DNA from: a virus
Lineage: Duplodnaviria; Caudoviricetes
Direction: 5' to 3' (one strand)
DNA length: 63,987 nucleotides
Virus record (IMG/VR): IMGVR_UViG_3300047509_000028
Span: 1 to 63,987 of that record
The notes under the pieces: generated by a model
What the model was told of the DNA's origin: nothing
Seen by the model: the letters and a program-made list of their open reading frames with translations, nothing else
Database searches by the model: none
In this document: piece after piece, positions 37,801 to 47,357 of the stretch
How positions within the stretch are numbered: the stretch's first letter is position 1
Layout: every line of letters begins with the position of its first letter
Made by a program: the position numbers and the translations under genes

Positions 37801-40800
37801 CTAAGGCCAAGATGATCGCAGGCGTTCTGAAAGGCTACGGACATACAGACGAAGCCATAGGGAAAATGAGCGTACAGGAAGCGGCTGATGCAATGGATAA
37901 GGAGTTTCAAGGAACGAAAGGGAAGCCAGCGGAGAAACCTACGCCCCCAAAAACGGAAGCCTCCGCACCAAAAGCGGAGGCGCAACAGGAAAAGGTAAGC
38001 CTAAAAAATAAACTTGCGCTGATTACGAAAGACGAAAACTTAACTCCGAAGCAGGCGGGCGATCTTATACGCGCAGTGGAAACGGCACAACAAGGCAATC
38101 ATGAAGCACTTAATGACGTACTGGCAGAACACGCCTTTGATAAGTCGTTAACTAAAGCAATTAAGAAACTCGCACAAGAAGATTACGTTTCTCCGCGCGA
38201 GCAGTCCAAAGCTCAAATACGTGCGTTAGACGAAGAAGCAGCTAGAGGTAAAGAAGGACTAGATGCCGACGAAAATCTTGCCCCGCGTGAAGCGTCGGAA
38301 GTAAGTGATGTAACACAACCAATGGAGTTGCGATTTGCAAAAGAGGAAGAACTAGGGGAAGAATTAAGCAACGAGCCGACTCCGCAACATATTCAATCTA
38401 AGATAGACGATATCAACGAGCGCGCTAGAGCGGGGATACTAACCTACGAAGATGCGCGTACGCAGATACGCGAACTACGCGAAGAAGCACAGGCCGAAAA
38501 CCAGCGCGGTAGCGAGGGGGTACAATCCCGTCTTTACCGTATGGAACGGAATAGCGACGAAGGCTCAAAGCCTGCTATCCGCATGGCGCAGTGGTTACTT
38601 AAGAATAACCCGAACCTAGCGAAAGGTTTAGGTATAGGGCTGAAACATATGTCCGAAGCGGGCAGGTATATTCCTGACCGCGCTTTAGCGTTCATTGCTA
38701 AAAGTGGGGTAGGAGTGCGTACTATTATTCACGAGATACTGCACCATACAGAGAAGATGCTACCCCCGGATATTCAGGAACGCATACGTGCGGAGTACAC
38801 CGCGCGGCTGCTAAATAAGCAGAAACAGGCGGAGACCACCAATAACGAAGCCTTGAAAGGTTATCTAGATGCGGTGCGTACGAACCTAATCCATCCTACG
38901 GAGGAAAACCGTAAAGCAGCTTTAGAGTTTATAACTAATAAATCTGTTGATCCGAAAGAGTATAAGTATCTCGATCCTTCCGAGTACTGGGCGGAAACAG
39001 GCTCGGGCATCTTACGCCGCAACCACGAGGCGGGTTCGTGGATCGGCAAAGCGCGTAATTGGATACAAGAGTATACAGAACACGCAAAAGCCGTTTTAGG
39101 ACTGGATAGCGATTCCGCTGTTTACAAAGGGCTTAAGAGCTTAACCGCTTCCGAAGGCGAAGCGCTTTCTACGCGGCAACTTAATAAGTCTGAGGCTTCA
39201 CAGGCCAGCCTAGAAAATAAAGACCCTAGTGAATACACCGATAAGGACGTAGAGGAATTAAACAAGGAACAAAAGTCTGAGCCTATCTTGAACCGCTCCG
39301 CAGTCGGCAACGTACAGAAGGTAGTGGAATATCTAGCCAATAAGCGCGAAGGTATCGCGCAGACTATGTATGCACTTACACGCGGCGGAGTGAAAGTAAC
39401 CGATAGTAACAACATATTTAGTCGGTTCTATAACTACGAGGGTCTAAAGCTAGAGCATAATTATATCGACGACGCCGAGGTATACAACCCGCTAAATAAC
39501 TTCGTGCATGGCGAATACGCTAAAACACACGGCACGCCGCAAGAGTACATGAATGACGTGAACGATTGGTTCAGGGCGAGAATGTGGTTGGATCATGCCC
39601 ATTACTTATGGACGCGCGATGTACCATTAAAAGAAGGCCAAGAAGTTGTTAGGCAGGGACTACTAGAGGACTTGCTAGACAACAAGACAAGCCCCGAAGC
39701 GAAGCGTATTGCACAAAATAGGATCGCGGAGAAGTACGCGGCTACACCAGAACGTGAGTACATGATAAAGAACGGCGTGCCGGTAGATAAACTAGAAGCG
39801 ACTCTTAGCACACTCGCTAAGAAGGGCATGGACGAGAAAAGCTTAAAGCCATTGAACGATATGATGCAGCCCGTACGTGACCGTACGACGCAGCGCAGAA
39901 TCGCATCCGGCGAATTATCGCAAGAAGATATACGTCTACGGGACTCTGTAGGCGACAAGTGGTATGTACCATTGAAAGGGCCGCCAGACGGCGTACGCGA
40001 TAACCAGAACCAAGATATCATATCGCAAGGCATTAACACCCGTCGATATTCCGAGCAGATACAGATAGCAGAAGGCCGCAAGTCGGAAGCGGAAAAGCCA
40101 TTCTATCGGCTGATTATGGATATGCACCGCGCTGGCGAACGGCAAGCGATGCACCCGGTTACGGAAACTATTTATAATGCGATGCTGGATGCGAACGATA
40201 GAATAGACGAGCTACAGCCGAAGCTGGATAAGTTGCGCGCTGCGCGCAATGCCGGGACTATGACGCAAGCAGAGTATGCAGAGAAAGCAAAGCCGCTTAA
40301 GCAACAGCTACTAGACCTACGTAATGCGTCTGGTAAAATAAGCGTATATAAAGGTAACTTGGCTAGAGGGTTTACCGATGAAGCCGGTACGGAAACGCCG
40401 ACCCTACCAGTTGGCCGGTACGATGTAGTTTATAATGACGGCGATACGCACTACGTTATGGGGCTACACGCAGATAGCCAGCTATTACGCGGACTTGTTT
40501 TGCAGTCTCAGACAGTCGTACCCGTAGCGCCAGTGAGGGCGATTGGCGCAGCTACCAACGCATTTGCGCGCATTGCTACCTCAGTGAATATACCGTGGGA
40601 TACCTTAGTGCAGTTCCCGCGCCAGTGGACATTTACGCCGTTGTTGCTTGCTACGGCGAAGTTCGATAACCCATTACAGGGCGCAGCGTTCATAGCGAAG
40701 AATACGGTAAACAATATCAAGATGCTTGGGGCCATACGCAGCATCCCCGCGCGCATGATGGGAGACTTAGCCGCACTAAAAGAATACGCCGCACAGAATC

Positions 40801-42260
40801 CTAATTCCCCCGCCGCATGGGTAGCGGACTACGAAGCACATGGCGGGCGTATAGGACATACGTTAGGCTTTAACCAGAGTAATGCAGAACGGTTGTTTTT
40901 AAATAAGTTCTCCGATATCGACTATACGAAACTAAGTGCGATAAAGCAATTTCCAGAAGCAGTATGGCAGCGTATAGTAAAATACTCAGGCGCTTATCTT
41001 TCGGCGTTGGATACGTTTACTCGCGCAGGATCATATAAGACCCTAGTAGACTCAGGAGTAGAACCGACACAGGCGGCGGCAGACGTGCGCGCAACACTGG
41101 ATTACTCTACCGCAGGACGGTGGAGCGGTACGATGAATAGTCTGTTCGCGTTTAGTCGCACAGGTCTTACGTCGCTGGATGCTGCACGTCGCGCATTTGT
41201 TAGCCCCGAAGGTAAGTTCGATTACGTTAAATTCGGTAAGTGGCAGGGGTTCTTAGGGGCCGTAGGCGCAGGAATCGCATACCCACTAATGAATGCGTTG
41301 TTGGGTAAAGATGAGGACGGCAAAGACCGTATGGCGAAAATCGCGCCTGATACACTAACGCAGCAATTCGTTATGCCAATTGGGGATAAGGTGATTAAAA
41401 TACCCATCGGGCAGGGCTTGCCACAGATGATGCTAGCCCCCGGTATATTGGCCGGGGCGGTCATGCACGGACACATGACGTTCAAGGAAGCGGTAGACGC
41501 ATACAAGGAAACGCTACGCCGTAATACGCCGCGCCCGTTGCAGCCGGGGCGCGTTGCAGGGCATTCCCCTATGCAGATCATAGCAGCGTCGGCGTTAGGC
41601 TTAACTCCTACGTTAGCGTCACCGCCTGCGGAAATGAATGCGAATGTCAACGCATTTGGACTACCGATCCATACGGAGCACTATGATCCGAAGCTACCTA
41701 TGTCGGAACAAGGTATGAAGAATACCCCGCAGGAGTTTAAAGATATCGCTCGCTGGATGCACAATACCGCACACTACGACGTATTCCCCGAGGACGTGCG
41801 CTATATTGCGCAGGCGTATGGCGGTTCGATGGTGAATAGCATTATACGTGCAGCGGTAAGTGATCGTCCATTCTTGGATCAGGGCGAACAGCCAATAGAT
41901 ACAGGATTGCTTAGCAAGGCAATCAGTAATGACGAGCAGTTCTATCTAAGCAGGAAACTGCATTCCACGATAGAAGATTTGCAGGATAACGGGCAACGGT
42001 ACAATACTCTTATTGCGCGGGCAGAAGCGGATGGGGCGAGTAAGGAAGAAGCGAAAGCAAAAGCGGATCAAGTGAAAAACTCAGACCCGGAATTTAAGCA
42101 GGGGCTTGATGCGTACGATAAACTTAATTCGGCGCAGATGAAATACTATAAAGACTTATCCGCTATGCGGAAAGATAAGATGCTAAGCGACGAGCGTAAA
42201 GCGATACTACGTAAGCAGTACGATAGTACATTACGTAAAGTACTAGAAGCGACACAATAA
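34830..42260 (+). CDS. giant (2476 aa) ejected polyvalent protein with a zincin-like HExxH domain and an LPD38-like C-terminus
   Basis: TIIHEILHH...SEYWAE metallopeptidase-like motif; WYVPL and LDYS..G......NSLFAF motifs; last gene of the virion module. Confidence 0.7.
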   Translation: MDGSGYNLPSSPYVPPSNVPALPPAYQPRNFDAPPGYTPQPAQTYDPQADIQRLGLGKPPEQMNFDPALDGSGNYNVRDESHPDSIYAKHLANGGQPPDTINDWYAKAKAMKGSDLDDKEQDALAGNYRNQLEKFYLDRGAKPAFIKGTLSLFDKGLPAWKKSVTPAEATATKNTDSPLTTFGYEAENKTVYGIPSDLAQIASGGAELAEKTVNAPARYGTELYNYFTGGNRVAPQTHAISDILGNIANPALGGAGASAQDYATQQTKAVMGANYNDPQYAKLRADLTAQNMAKATGTQAPAIAGGAGLPAGYAPTNTPLPERSLGNIEELTRERNAATNPISSAGGDLAGTLAEIFLTRKIPALKGMNPSTYWKIVAPLLAAQTGTETAREQVGTPQGVSMGQLAADYPVDTAMNLAGTHLPVKSGTIRALSGAGIGAVESAVRGLIDKAVNPDQNTGSPYAGMGPQATLMAIMAALSKAPIGGAKPLKGGKTDTTQTTNTVTPPPAGGAGGTVEPQAAQPAAGLPTSITEAPGAGIAGKAYTDLEDTSIDKTAKREAAIKKTLGAAKATPQGVIHAAATLAQKYAGETWADMSAEQRANLTATVAQKIHGAGEASPPIYAVEGTQEAINAIRDAAKPAPAPAPTAPAGGETAMPADVAAAVGGTQVPGTVEPAPASAGEAPAAPAPVDPGTAEALRALPHVDPNAKDSNGPVAKKYAPQIAALGHDPSQISKAQAGYILGHSLTAEQLQGVLHTPGEAPGQAAPAHVADEIHSVLNDANNEPTTVKGQGDKLAKTVAKIKAAQNKQAARTTQQAVNPLTARPEPIVLPPGPDAERTNVGGSTARKGTKAQLARQEAINKAADAADAAEKFKPIAQQYFQNFTENLNRGNLPYFQELRTRWRKGEFNSPDQREQQLQDAFKQEQEIASKPLVKTKPSNVLTTKQAHGGLLTKKGVTASEAPKPADTSPKMSDLLAKKGKGLTKSDSETIAKAKMIAGVLKGYGHTDEAIGKMSVQEAADAMDKEFQGTKGKPAEKPTPPKTEASAPKAEAQQEKVSLKNKLALITKDENLTPKQAGDLIRAVETAQQGNHEALNDVLAEHAFDKSLTKAIKKLAQEDYVSPREQSKAQIRALDEEAARGKEGLDADENLAPREASEVSDVTQPMELRFAKEEELGEELSNEPTPQHIQSKIDDINERARAGILTYEDARTQIRELREEAQAENQRGSEGVQSRLYRMERNSDEGSKPAIRMAQWLLKNNPNLAKGLGIGLKHMSEAGRYIPDRALAFIAKSGVGVRTIIHEILHHTEKMLPPDIQERIRAEYTARLLNKQKQAETTNNEALKGYLDAVRTNLIHPTEENRKAALEFITNKSVDPKEYKYLDPSEYWAETGSGILRRNHEAGSWIGKARNWIQEYTEHAKAVLGLDSDSAVYKGLKSLTASEGEALSTRQLNKSEASQASLENKDPSEYTDKDVEELNKEQKSEPILNRSAVGNVQKVVEYLANKREGIAQTMYALTRGGVKVTDSNNIFSRFYNYEGLKLEHNYIDDAEVYNPLNNFVHGEYAKTHGTPQEYMNDVNDWFRARMWLDHAHYLWTRDVPLKEGQEVVRQGLLEDLLDNKTSPEAKRIAQNRIAEKYAATPEREYMIKNGVPVDKLEATLSTLAKKGMDEKSLKPLNDMMQPVRDRTTQRRIASGELSQEDIRLRDSVGDKWYVPLKGPPDGVRDNQNQDIISQGINTRRYSEQIQIAEGRKSEAEKPFYRLIMDMHRAGERQAMHPVTETIYNAMLDANDRIDELQPKLDKLRAARNAGTMTQAEYAEKAKPLKQQLLDLRNASGKISVYKGNLARGFTDEAGTETPTLPVGRYDVVYNDGDTHYVMGLHADSQLLRGLVLQSQTVVPVAPVRAIGAATNAFARIATSVNIPWDTLVQFPRQWTFTPLLLATAKFDNPLQGAAFIAKNTVNNIKMLGAIRSIPARMMGDLAALKEYAAQNPNSPAAWVADYEAHGGRIGHTLGFNQSNAERLFLNKFSDIDYTKLSAIKQFPEAVWQRIVKYSGAYLSALDTFTRAGSYKTLVDSGVEPTQAAADVRATLDYSTAGRWSGTMNSLFAFSRTGLTSLDAARRAFVSPEGKFDYVKFGKWQGFLGAVGAGIAYPLMNALLGKDEDGKDRMAKIAPDTLTQQFVMPIGDKVIKIPIGQGLPQMMLAPGILAGAVMHGHMTFKEAVDAYKETLRRNTPRPLQPGRVAGHSPMQIIAASALGLTPTLASPPAEMNANVNAFGLPIHTEHYDPKLPMSEQGMKNTPQEFKDIARWMHNTAHYDVFPEDVRYIAQAYGGSMVNSIIRAAVSDRPFLDQGEQPIDTGLLSKAISNDEQFYLSRKLHSTIEDLQDNGQRYNTLIARAEADGASKEEAKAKADQVKNSDPEFKQGLDAYDKLNSAQMKYYKDLSAMRKDKMLSDERKAILRKQYDSTLRKVLEATQ

Positions 42261-42288
42261 AAAAAGGGCTAGCTTATTAGGCTAGCCC
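42259..42288 (-). terminator. terminator between the convergent structural and replication blocks
   Basis: GGGCTAGC-ttattag-GCTAGCCC with an A-run at 42259-42265 (U-tail on the minus strand). Confidence 0.75.
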
Positions 42289-42308
42289 AAAGGCGGGGTA
42301 GGGCCAAC

Positions 42309-45257
42309 TCACCCCGCCGCAGCATTCGGTTCGTCTGTATCTTCAATCACTAAATGCGCTAACTTCGGATTGTTCATGTCGATCTTCCAGCATCGGCAGT
42401 TCACTGCTGGTAGCTGTGTGCCTGTGGTTAACCGGAATTGCTGGTTATCTCTTACAATAATACCGTCCTTTAATAATCCCTGTCGCATCCATGATGGGTC
42501 TATATTGTGCGTTCTACAATAGTCGCGTACTGCCGAGATAGACACATGGGCGAATGTAGGACTGCCATTCACGTAATCAAGACGTGCCTTAATAGAGTGC
42601 ATATTACCGTTCATGGCTCCCAAGTCTACTAAGCCGTTATTCATACGTAGCAGTGACGACAGATTCGCATTGAAGAATTCGCCCAAGCACGATACTGGAT
42701 CGGATGCTGATGCGGCTATTTGCTCGCGCACTTTAGGTAGTTCTATGTTAAGGATGCGCATTACTAGTGCCTCTGCATCGTAGTTATGCAGGTGAAGTAT
42801 GTCCCTGCTAATCTTTCCGGCTACCAGTACACACGCCAAGTACGCACAACAAAACCGCTCGTAAGGCCGAAACCCTGCTTTTTTATCTAGAGCGACTATC
42901 GTACGCGCAAGGGCGTTGCGAATGGCGGCAGCACGGGGAAGTAGGTACTTTACAAATTCTCTACCGGCATGTCCGTAGTTATTTCGCAGCAAGGATATGC
43001 AGGCGTCTACGTGTGCTTTCCATTTTGCGTCTGCCGGGATTACATTCACTTCAAATGTCCTAGAGCCTTCGGCACCGTACCCTTTACGATTCGCGGTATA
43101 CTTATCAAGTACACTAGTGTTACTGGTACAGACAACAACTGTACCCCATGTTGTTTCGTTGACTTTGTTTTGTCCGTCCTGATTCGCGCGTGTTTTACCG
43201 CGCCCGCCTGTGAAAGCTAGAACAAAGTCGGATATGTTTTTCGGCTCCATATTGGTTATTTCGTCGAACGCAACAGCTACGCTATTTAGGTATCCTATTG
43301 TATTGAACGATGATATAACGGTGTCGTCTGTACGAAGCCTACTTTCTGCCGGTATCCCAAAAACACTAGACATTACTTTCAGCGCTGTAGACTTACCTGC
43401 GCCTCTATCGCCCATCATGTTATAAAGCATACCATTGTATTCAGTAAACCCAAACAACGCTGCTGCGAAACCTGTTAGGGCCGCAAGAATGTAGGGGTCT
43501 GAATCCGGCATTTTTTCGTAGACCGCAAACCCTTTTTTCCAATCCTCTAGCGTGCCTTTTGTTTCTACGCACGTTATGGGGGGCAGTGCTTTTTCATCAT
43601 CGCCGCTTTTAGTTTTAAGATGATCGGCAACCGATCCCGGCTGCAAGTTTCCCTCGCAGTCATAGTACCCATCAGATACTACAAACTTAGGCGTAGCTGT
43701 ATTGATTTCACGCCAACCAAAATGTGAGTATTCCACTTCTGCGGCCTTATGTTTTTGTAAGTAAATTACGTAGTCTACCATGTACTTAGATACTGAGGCA
43801 GACTTCCCATAATCAGGCACAACCCCTTTTGTATTCATAAACCTGTTGAGGGATTTATTGTCCGCTAACAGTTCGTTGGGCAGTCTAAACTTGCGAAGCC
43901 CATCTTTCGGAAGCCATAGGTGAATCTCCATACCCTCGTTCTCAAGGCTTTCGGTACGGAACCGGCGGGTGGGATACATATCGTATTCATATACCTTTTC
44001 AATTACTTCCGTCCATTCCCCGCTGACGGCATCTTTTTGCTTCTTGTGCATGTAGACTCCGCCGTTTTCCCCACGGAAGTAAGGAGTAGGCGGTATCGGT
44101 ATGCTGACACGTTCTATTTCTACGTTACCTTCTTCGTCCTTAACTTCTATATCACGTACTTCTATATCTGTTCTTTCGCGTGCCAGCGTAGACGTATGGA
44201 TAGGCGACTTGACAGTAGCAGCGAACGGGCATCCCTCGCAACGTGCCGGATCAATCCCACGGAAGCGCTCGCAGGTGGTAGGGCCGTTCTGCGCCTCGCG
44301 TACCTGCTGGTACTTCGCGTAGGTTTCTTCGCCGCTATAGTCTGGATGCTTACTAGATAATGCGTGCGCAAGCGCAACGCCTGATACTTCCGTACCGTCG
44401 CTACTCGTATGGAATAGATGCGGCACAAGTCCTAGCATAGCGTACCATTCCGGTTCGCCTGCTGTTTCCGAGTGCGTTAGGTATTCTTTAACCCAATTGC
44501 AGTTACGCGCTACGAGCGAGATATCTACAGGCGCAGACTGCATCGCTTCTGTAGGTTTAACCCCGGATAGTCCCGCAGGTTCCTCTATACTAGCGCCAGT
44601 AAGGGCAGTTAGCTTAGCGTAAAACTCTCCGAAGTCTACTACGTCATCCGACCACTGGATAATGCTAACTGGGGTTAGTTCACCGTTCTTAAGGTTGAAG
44701 GATGCGGGGATGCGCAATACGCCTGCACTATCTGCTACGCGCGATCCATCCGCTACGACTCGTGGTTCTATTAGCGGTATGACGCGCTTAAAGCGACCCG
44801 CTGCTTCCATCCATTTATCGGACGGTATGCCCGCTGCCATCGGCCAATAGACATGCAAGCCGAAGCCGCTATCGACAATAATAGGGTCGGGCAAGTTAAA
44901 CGCTTTCGCTACGTTGTTTACGCCTATTAAGGCTTCTTCTTTCGTAGCGTAGTGATTCGGTTTACCGGGGCGCACGTCTACATCAAGTACGAAAGCTCTA
45001 GTACTACACGAATTACTTTGCACCCTAACGCGGGGTTTACTGTTCACGACTACGGAGGCTTCTTTGAGTGTGGATACCCCAAAGTAAAAATTGTATTTAG
45101 TGTAGGCTATTTTAGGCAGGAATTTACACAATTCGTCTACGTTATTGAATACCCTATGCGTAAAGTACGATTTTGGCTTCGCAGGTATTAGCCACGCGAG
45201 GCAAGGCTTCCCTTCGGTGGATAGCACTCGTTCAAAGAATTCGCGTTGTGTCTGCAC
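42309..45257 (-). CDS. primase-helicase (N-terminal primase, Cys cluster, DUF927-like ATPase)
   Basis: LDVD, DSGFGLHVYW, VLRIP primase motifs; TCERF...CEGCP; G.RGAGKST Walker A, FDEIT. Confidence 0.85.
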   Translation of the reverse strand: MQTQREFFERVLSTEGKPCLAWLIPAKPKSYFTHRVFNNVDELCKFLPKIAYTKYNFYFGVSTLKEASVVVNSKPRVRVQSNSCSTRAFVLDVDVRPGKPNHYATKEEALIGVNNVAKAFNLPDPIIVDSGFGLHVYWPMAAGIPSDKWMEAAGRFKRVIPLIEPRVVADGSRVADSAGVLRIPASFNLKNGELTPVSIIQWSDDVVDFGEFYAKLTALTGASIEEPAGLSGVKPTEAMQSAPVDISLVARNCNWVKEYLTHSETAGEPEWYAMLGLVPHLFHTSSDGTEVSGVALAHALSSKHPDYSGEETYAKYQQVREAQNGPTTCERFRGIDPARCEGCPFAATVKSPIHTSTLARERTDIEVRDIEVKDEEGNVEIERVSIPIPPTPYFRGENGGVYMHKKQKDAVSGEWTEVIEKVYEYDMYPTRRFRTESLENEGMEIHLWLPKDGLRKFRLPNELLADNKSLNRFMNTKGVVPDYGKSASVSKYMVDYVIYLQKHKAAEVEYSHFGWREINTATPKFVVSDGYYDCEGNLQPGSVADHLKTKSGDDEKALPPITCVETKGTLEDWKKGFAVYEKMPDSDPYILAALTGFAAALFGFTEYNGMLYNMMGDRGAGKSTALKVMSSVFGIPAESRLRTDDTVISSFNTIGYLNSVAVAFDEITNMEPKNISDFVLAFTGGRGKTRANQDGQNKVNETTWGTVVVCTSNTSVLDKYTANRKGYGAEGSRTFEVNVIPADAKWKAHVDACISLLRNNYGHAGREFVKYLLPRAAAIRNALARTIVALDKKAGFRPYERFCCAYLACVLVAGKISRDILHLHNYDAEALVMRILNIELPKVREQIAASASDPVSCLGEFFNANLSSLLRMNNGLVDLGAMNGNMHSIKARLDYVNGSPTFAHVSISAVRDYCRTHNIDPSWMRQGLLKDGIIVRDNQQFRLTTGTQLPAVNCRCWKIDMNNPKLAHLVIEDTDEPNAAAG

Positions 45258-45265
45258 ATTGGCCC

Positions 45266-45544
45266 TTATTGGTACTTGGCAAACATTGTTTTAAGAGTTT
45301 CGTTTTTTGTGTCTTGCGTAAGCCCTTCCTGCAAAGGAAGTAACTTATCCTCTATTAACTTATCAATTGTGTCCAACGCATTTATAAGTATGTTACTTAC
45401 CATCTTGTATGGCTTCGCATCTTCTCCTTTACGGATGATGATATAGATTGTAGTGTAATGAAGTTCGGTGACAGCCGATAACGCGCGCACGTTTAATTGT
45501 GCGCGCTTAAGCGTTTCTTTAATTCTATCGGCTAGGTTTAGCAT
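45266..45544 (-). CDS. HTH DNA-binding protein
   Basis: LNVRALSAVTELHYTTIY HTH-like segment. Confidence 0.6.
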   Translation of the reverse strand: MLNLADRIKETLKRAQLNVRALSAVTELHYTTIYIIIRKGEDAKPYKMVSNILINALDTIDKLIEDKLLPLQEGLTQDTKNETLKTMFAKYQ

Positions 45545-46554
45545 CAGGTCAATCCGTTCAGGATATCCTCTAGCGCGGCATCATCCGCCACTTCCGTTGC
45601 GGCTGGCACTGGTACGTTCTTGCGGATCGGCGTTGGGGCTGCCGGGGTAGGCCGCTGTGGCGCAGAATCGGGCCTTGCGGGCTGCTGAGCCGTCGTCTGT
45701 GGACGCTGTGGGGCCGGTCGGGACGGTTGCTGCGGGGCCGGACGCTGAGCCGCTGCGGGCTGCTGCGGGGCTTCCGCTGCCGGGGTTTCGTCCGCTGCGA
45801 CTTCATGCGACAAGTCTACCGTTGCCATCGTCACTTCTTTCAGGTTCTTTACTTCGTCCGACGCCACTAACTCACGCACTGCTTCCAGTTCTTCCGCACT
45901 GATATAACGGTTCGGCTCAAACAGTAACTTAGGCACAGACGAGTTCGTATCGAAACTAATCCGCGTTGCTAGCATCGCAACGTCGATACCACGATTACCG
46001 ACCATCTTAATGTAGTCGTTAAGGTTTTGCTTCTTACCGTCCGACGTACCATCACCAAACAAACCGCCTGCGCGTACTTCTAACTTGAACACGCGGCGTT
46101 CGTCTACATCACCTGCAAGCATCACAACAACTCTACGGAAGTAACCGCAAGCCTTATACAGATTACCGTCTACGTTTTTACTGCCCTTCACGTTCTGTGG
46201 ACACGTCATGCACTTGTCATCCTGTTTCGATTTCACGTCCATTGCTGGCGTAATACCATCTGCGGAATAGCACGCGGGGGAAGCTTGATCGCCTTGCTTG
46301 TACGTTCCTTCGTAGTACATACGGCTCACTGCTGGGGCCGCACCCAAGATAATTACGTCAAGGTAGTTTTCATCGAACACACCTTCCTCTTTACCGTTTA
46401 CCACTAAGCGGAAGCGACTACCTTTTAAGCCAATCCTGTTGCCGCCTTGAAACATGGCAGCCATCAGTTCTTTCGTTACGCCCAAGTCTACGCCAGTAAT
46501 ATGCGCTGGTAGATTTGCTGGGCCGCTGGGGTTGAAGGTTAATTCATTCGACAT
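45544..46554 (-). CDS. putative ssDNA-binding/replication protein
   Basis: SRMYYEG, CYSADG, CMTCPQN.KGS, ACGY.RR motifs; Pro-rich linker and acidic tail. Confidence 0.65.
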   Translation of the reverse strand: MSNELTFNPSGPANLPAHITGVDLGVTKELMAAMFQGGNRIGLKGSRFRLVVNGKEEGVFDENYLDVIILGAAPAVSRMYYEGTYKQGDQASPACYSADGITPAMDVKSKQDDKCMTCPQNVKGSKNVDGNLYKACGYFRRVVVMLAGDVDERRVFKLEVRAGGLFGDGTSDGKKQNLNDYIKMVGNRGIDVAMLATRISFDTNSSVPKLLFEPNRYISAEELEAVRELVASDEVKNLKEVTMATVDLSHEVAADETPAAEAPQQPAAAQRPAPQQPSRPAPQRPQTTAQQPARPDSAPQRPTPAAPTPIRKNVPVPAATEVADDAALEDILNGLT

Positions 46555-46563
46555 GATAGCTCC

Positions 46564-46824
46564 TTAATCTAGTAAGCCATATACGGCAGGGTTATTACGT
46601 TCGTTGTTTCGGTATTGCGCTTTAAATAAGTCTAACAGACTAACGATAGCGTTTGTACTTGTTTCGCGGATTTTATCGTCACTGCCAAGTACTTGCAGTA
46701 CTTCTCTGAATTCCTCGAAGATTTCTAGTATCCGCGTATCCCTTATTCGCGTTTCGGGATCAGATAAGTAAGCAAGCATATCTCCATAAGAAAGCTGGAT
46801 AACTTCTTTGCGGCTGGTGTCCAC
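46564..46824 (-). CDS. hypothetical protein
   Basis: AAGGAG RBS with GTG start. Confidence 0.6.
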   Translation of the reverse strand: MDTSRKEVIQLSYGDMLAYLSDPETRIRDTRILEIFEEFREVLQVLGSDDKIRETSTNAIVSLLDLFKAQYRNNERNNPAVYGLLD

Positions 46825-46886
46825 GTTCGCTCCTTAAAGAAATGGATACCGCCCTTCGGATGAAGGGTATTCTAGTTACGAGGTTC

Positions 46887-47276
46887 TTAACTACGACGGA
46901 CTACTACAGTAAGCTCAGGCGATATGTTCACTCCCGGCGGGAGTTCGCCTGTTTCATCGTATATTTCTTGTACGGCTTTAATGGATAGCCGTTTCTCTAG
47001 CAGATCGAACCTACGCGATTCTGCCATGTACTCCCATAGCGTCGGCCAGTCAGAGCAGTTACCCTTGAGCCGGGTCTGTTGATATGCAGTACCGCTTTCT
47101 GATCCTAACTGCGTTGCGTTATCTTCCTTCATCTTAGCTAGCAGCCATGCTGCTAGACGATCTAACTTCGCTTTCAGTGCTTCATCTTGCTCTTTGTACG
47201 CGGCCGCTAAGGTGCTGCGTGAGTCGCGTAGTTTCACGTACGCTTCGATGATACTTTCCACGTTTACCTGCGTCAT
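46887..47276 (-). CDS. conserved phage replication-module protein
   Basis: YVKLRD...DW......DLLEKR...LPPGVN pattern. Confidence 0.7.
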   Translation of the reverse strand: MTQVNVESIIEAYVKLRDSRSTLAAAYKEQDEALKAKLDRLAAWLLAKMKEDNATQLGSESGTAYQQTRLKGNCSDWPTLWEYMAESRRFDLLEKRLSIKAVQEIYDETGELPPGVNISPELTVVVRRS

Positions 47277-47357
47277 AAATTCACTTCCTTTATGGCGGTT
47301 TTAGGGTGTATTCCGAACAAGTAGAATCTGCTACAAATGCCCGGAAGTCAAGCAGTA

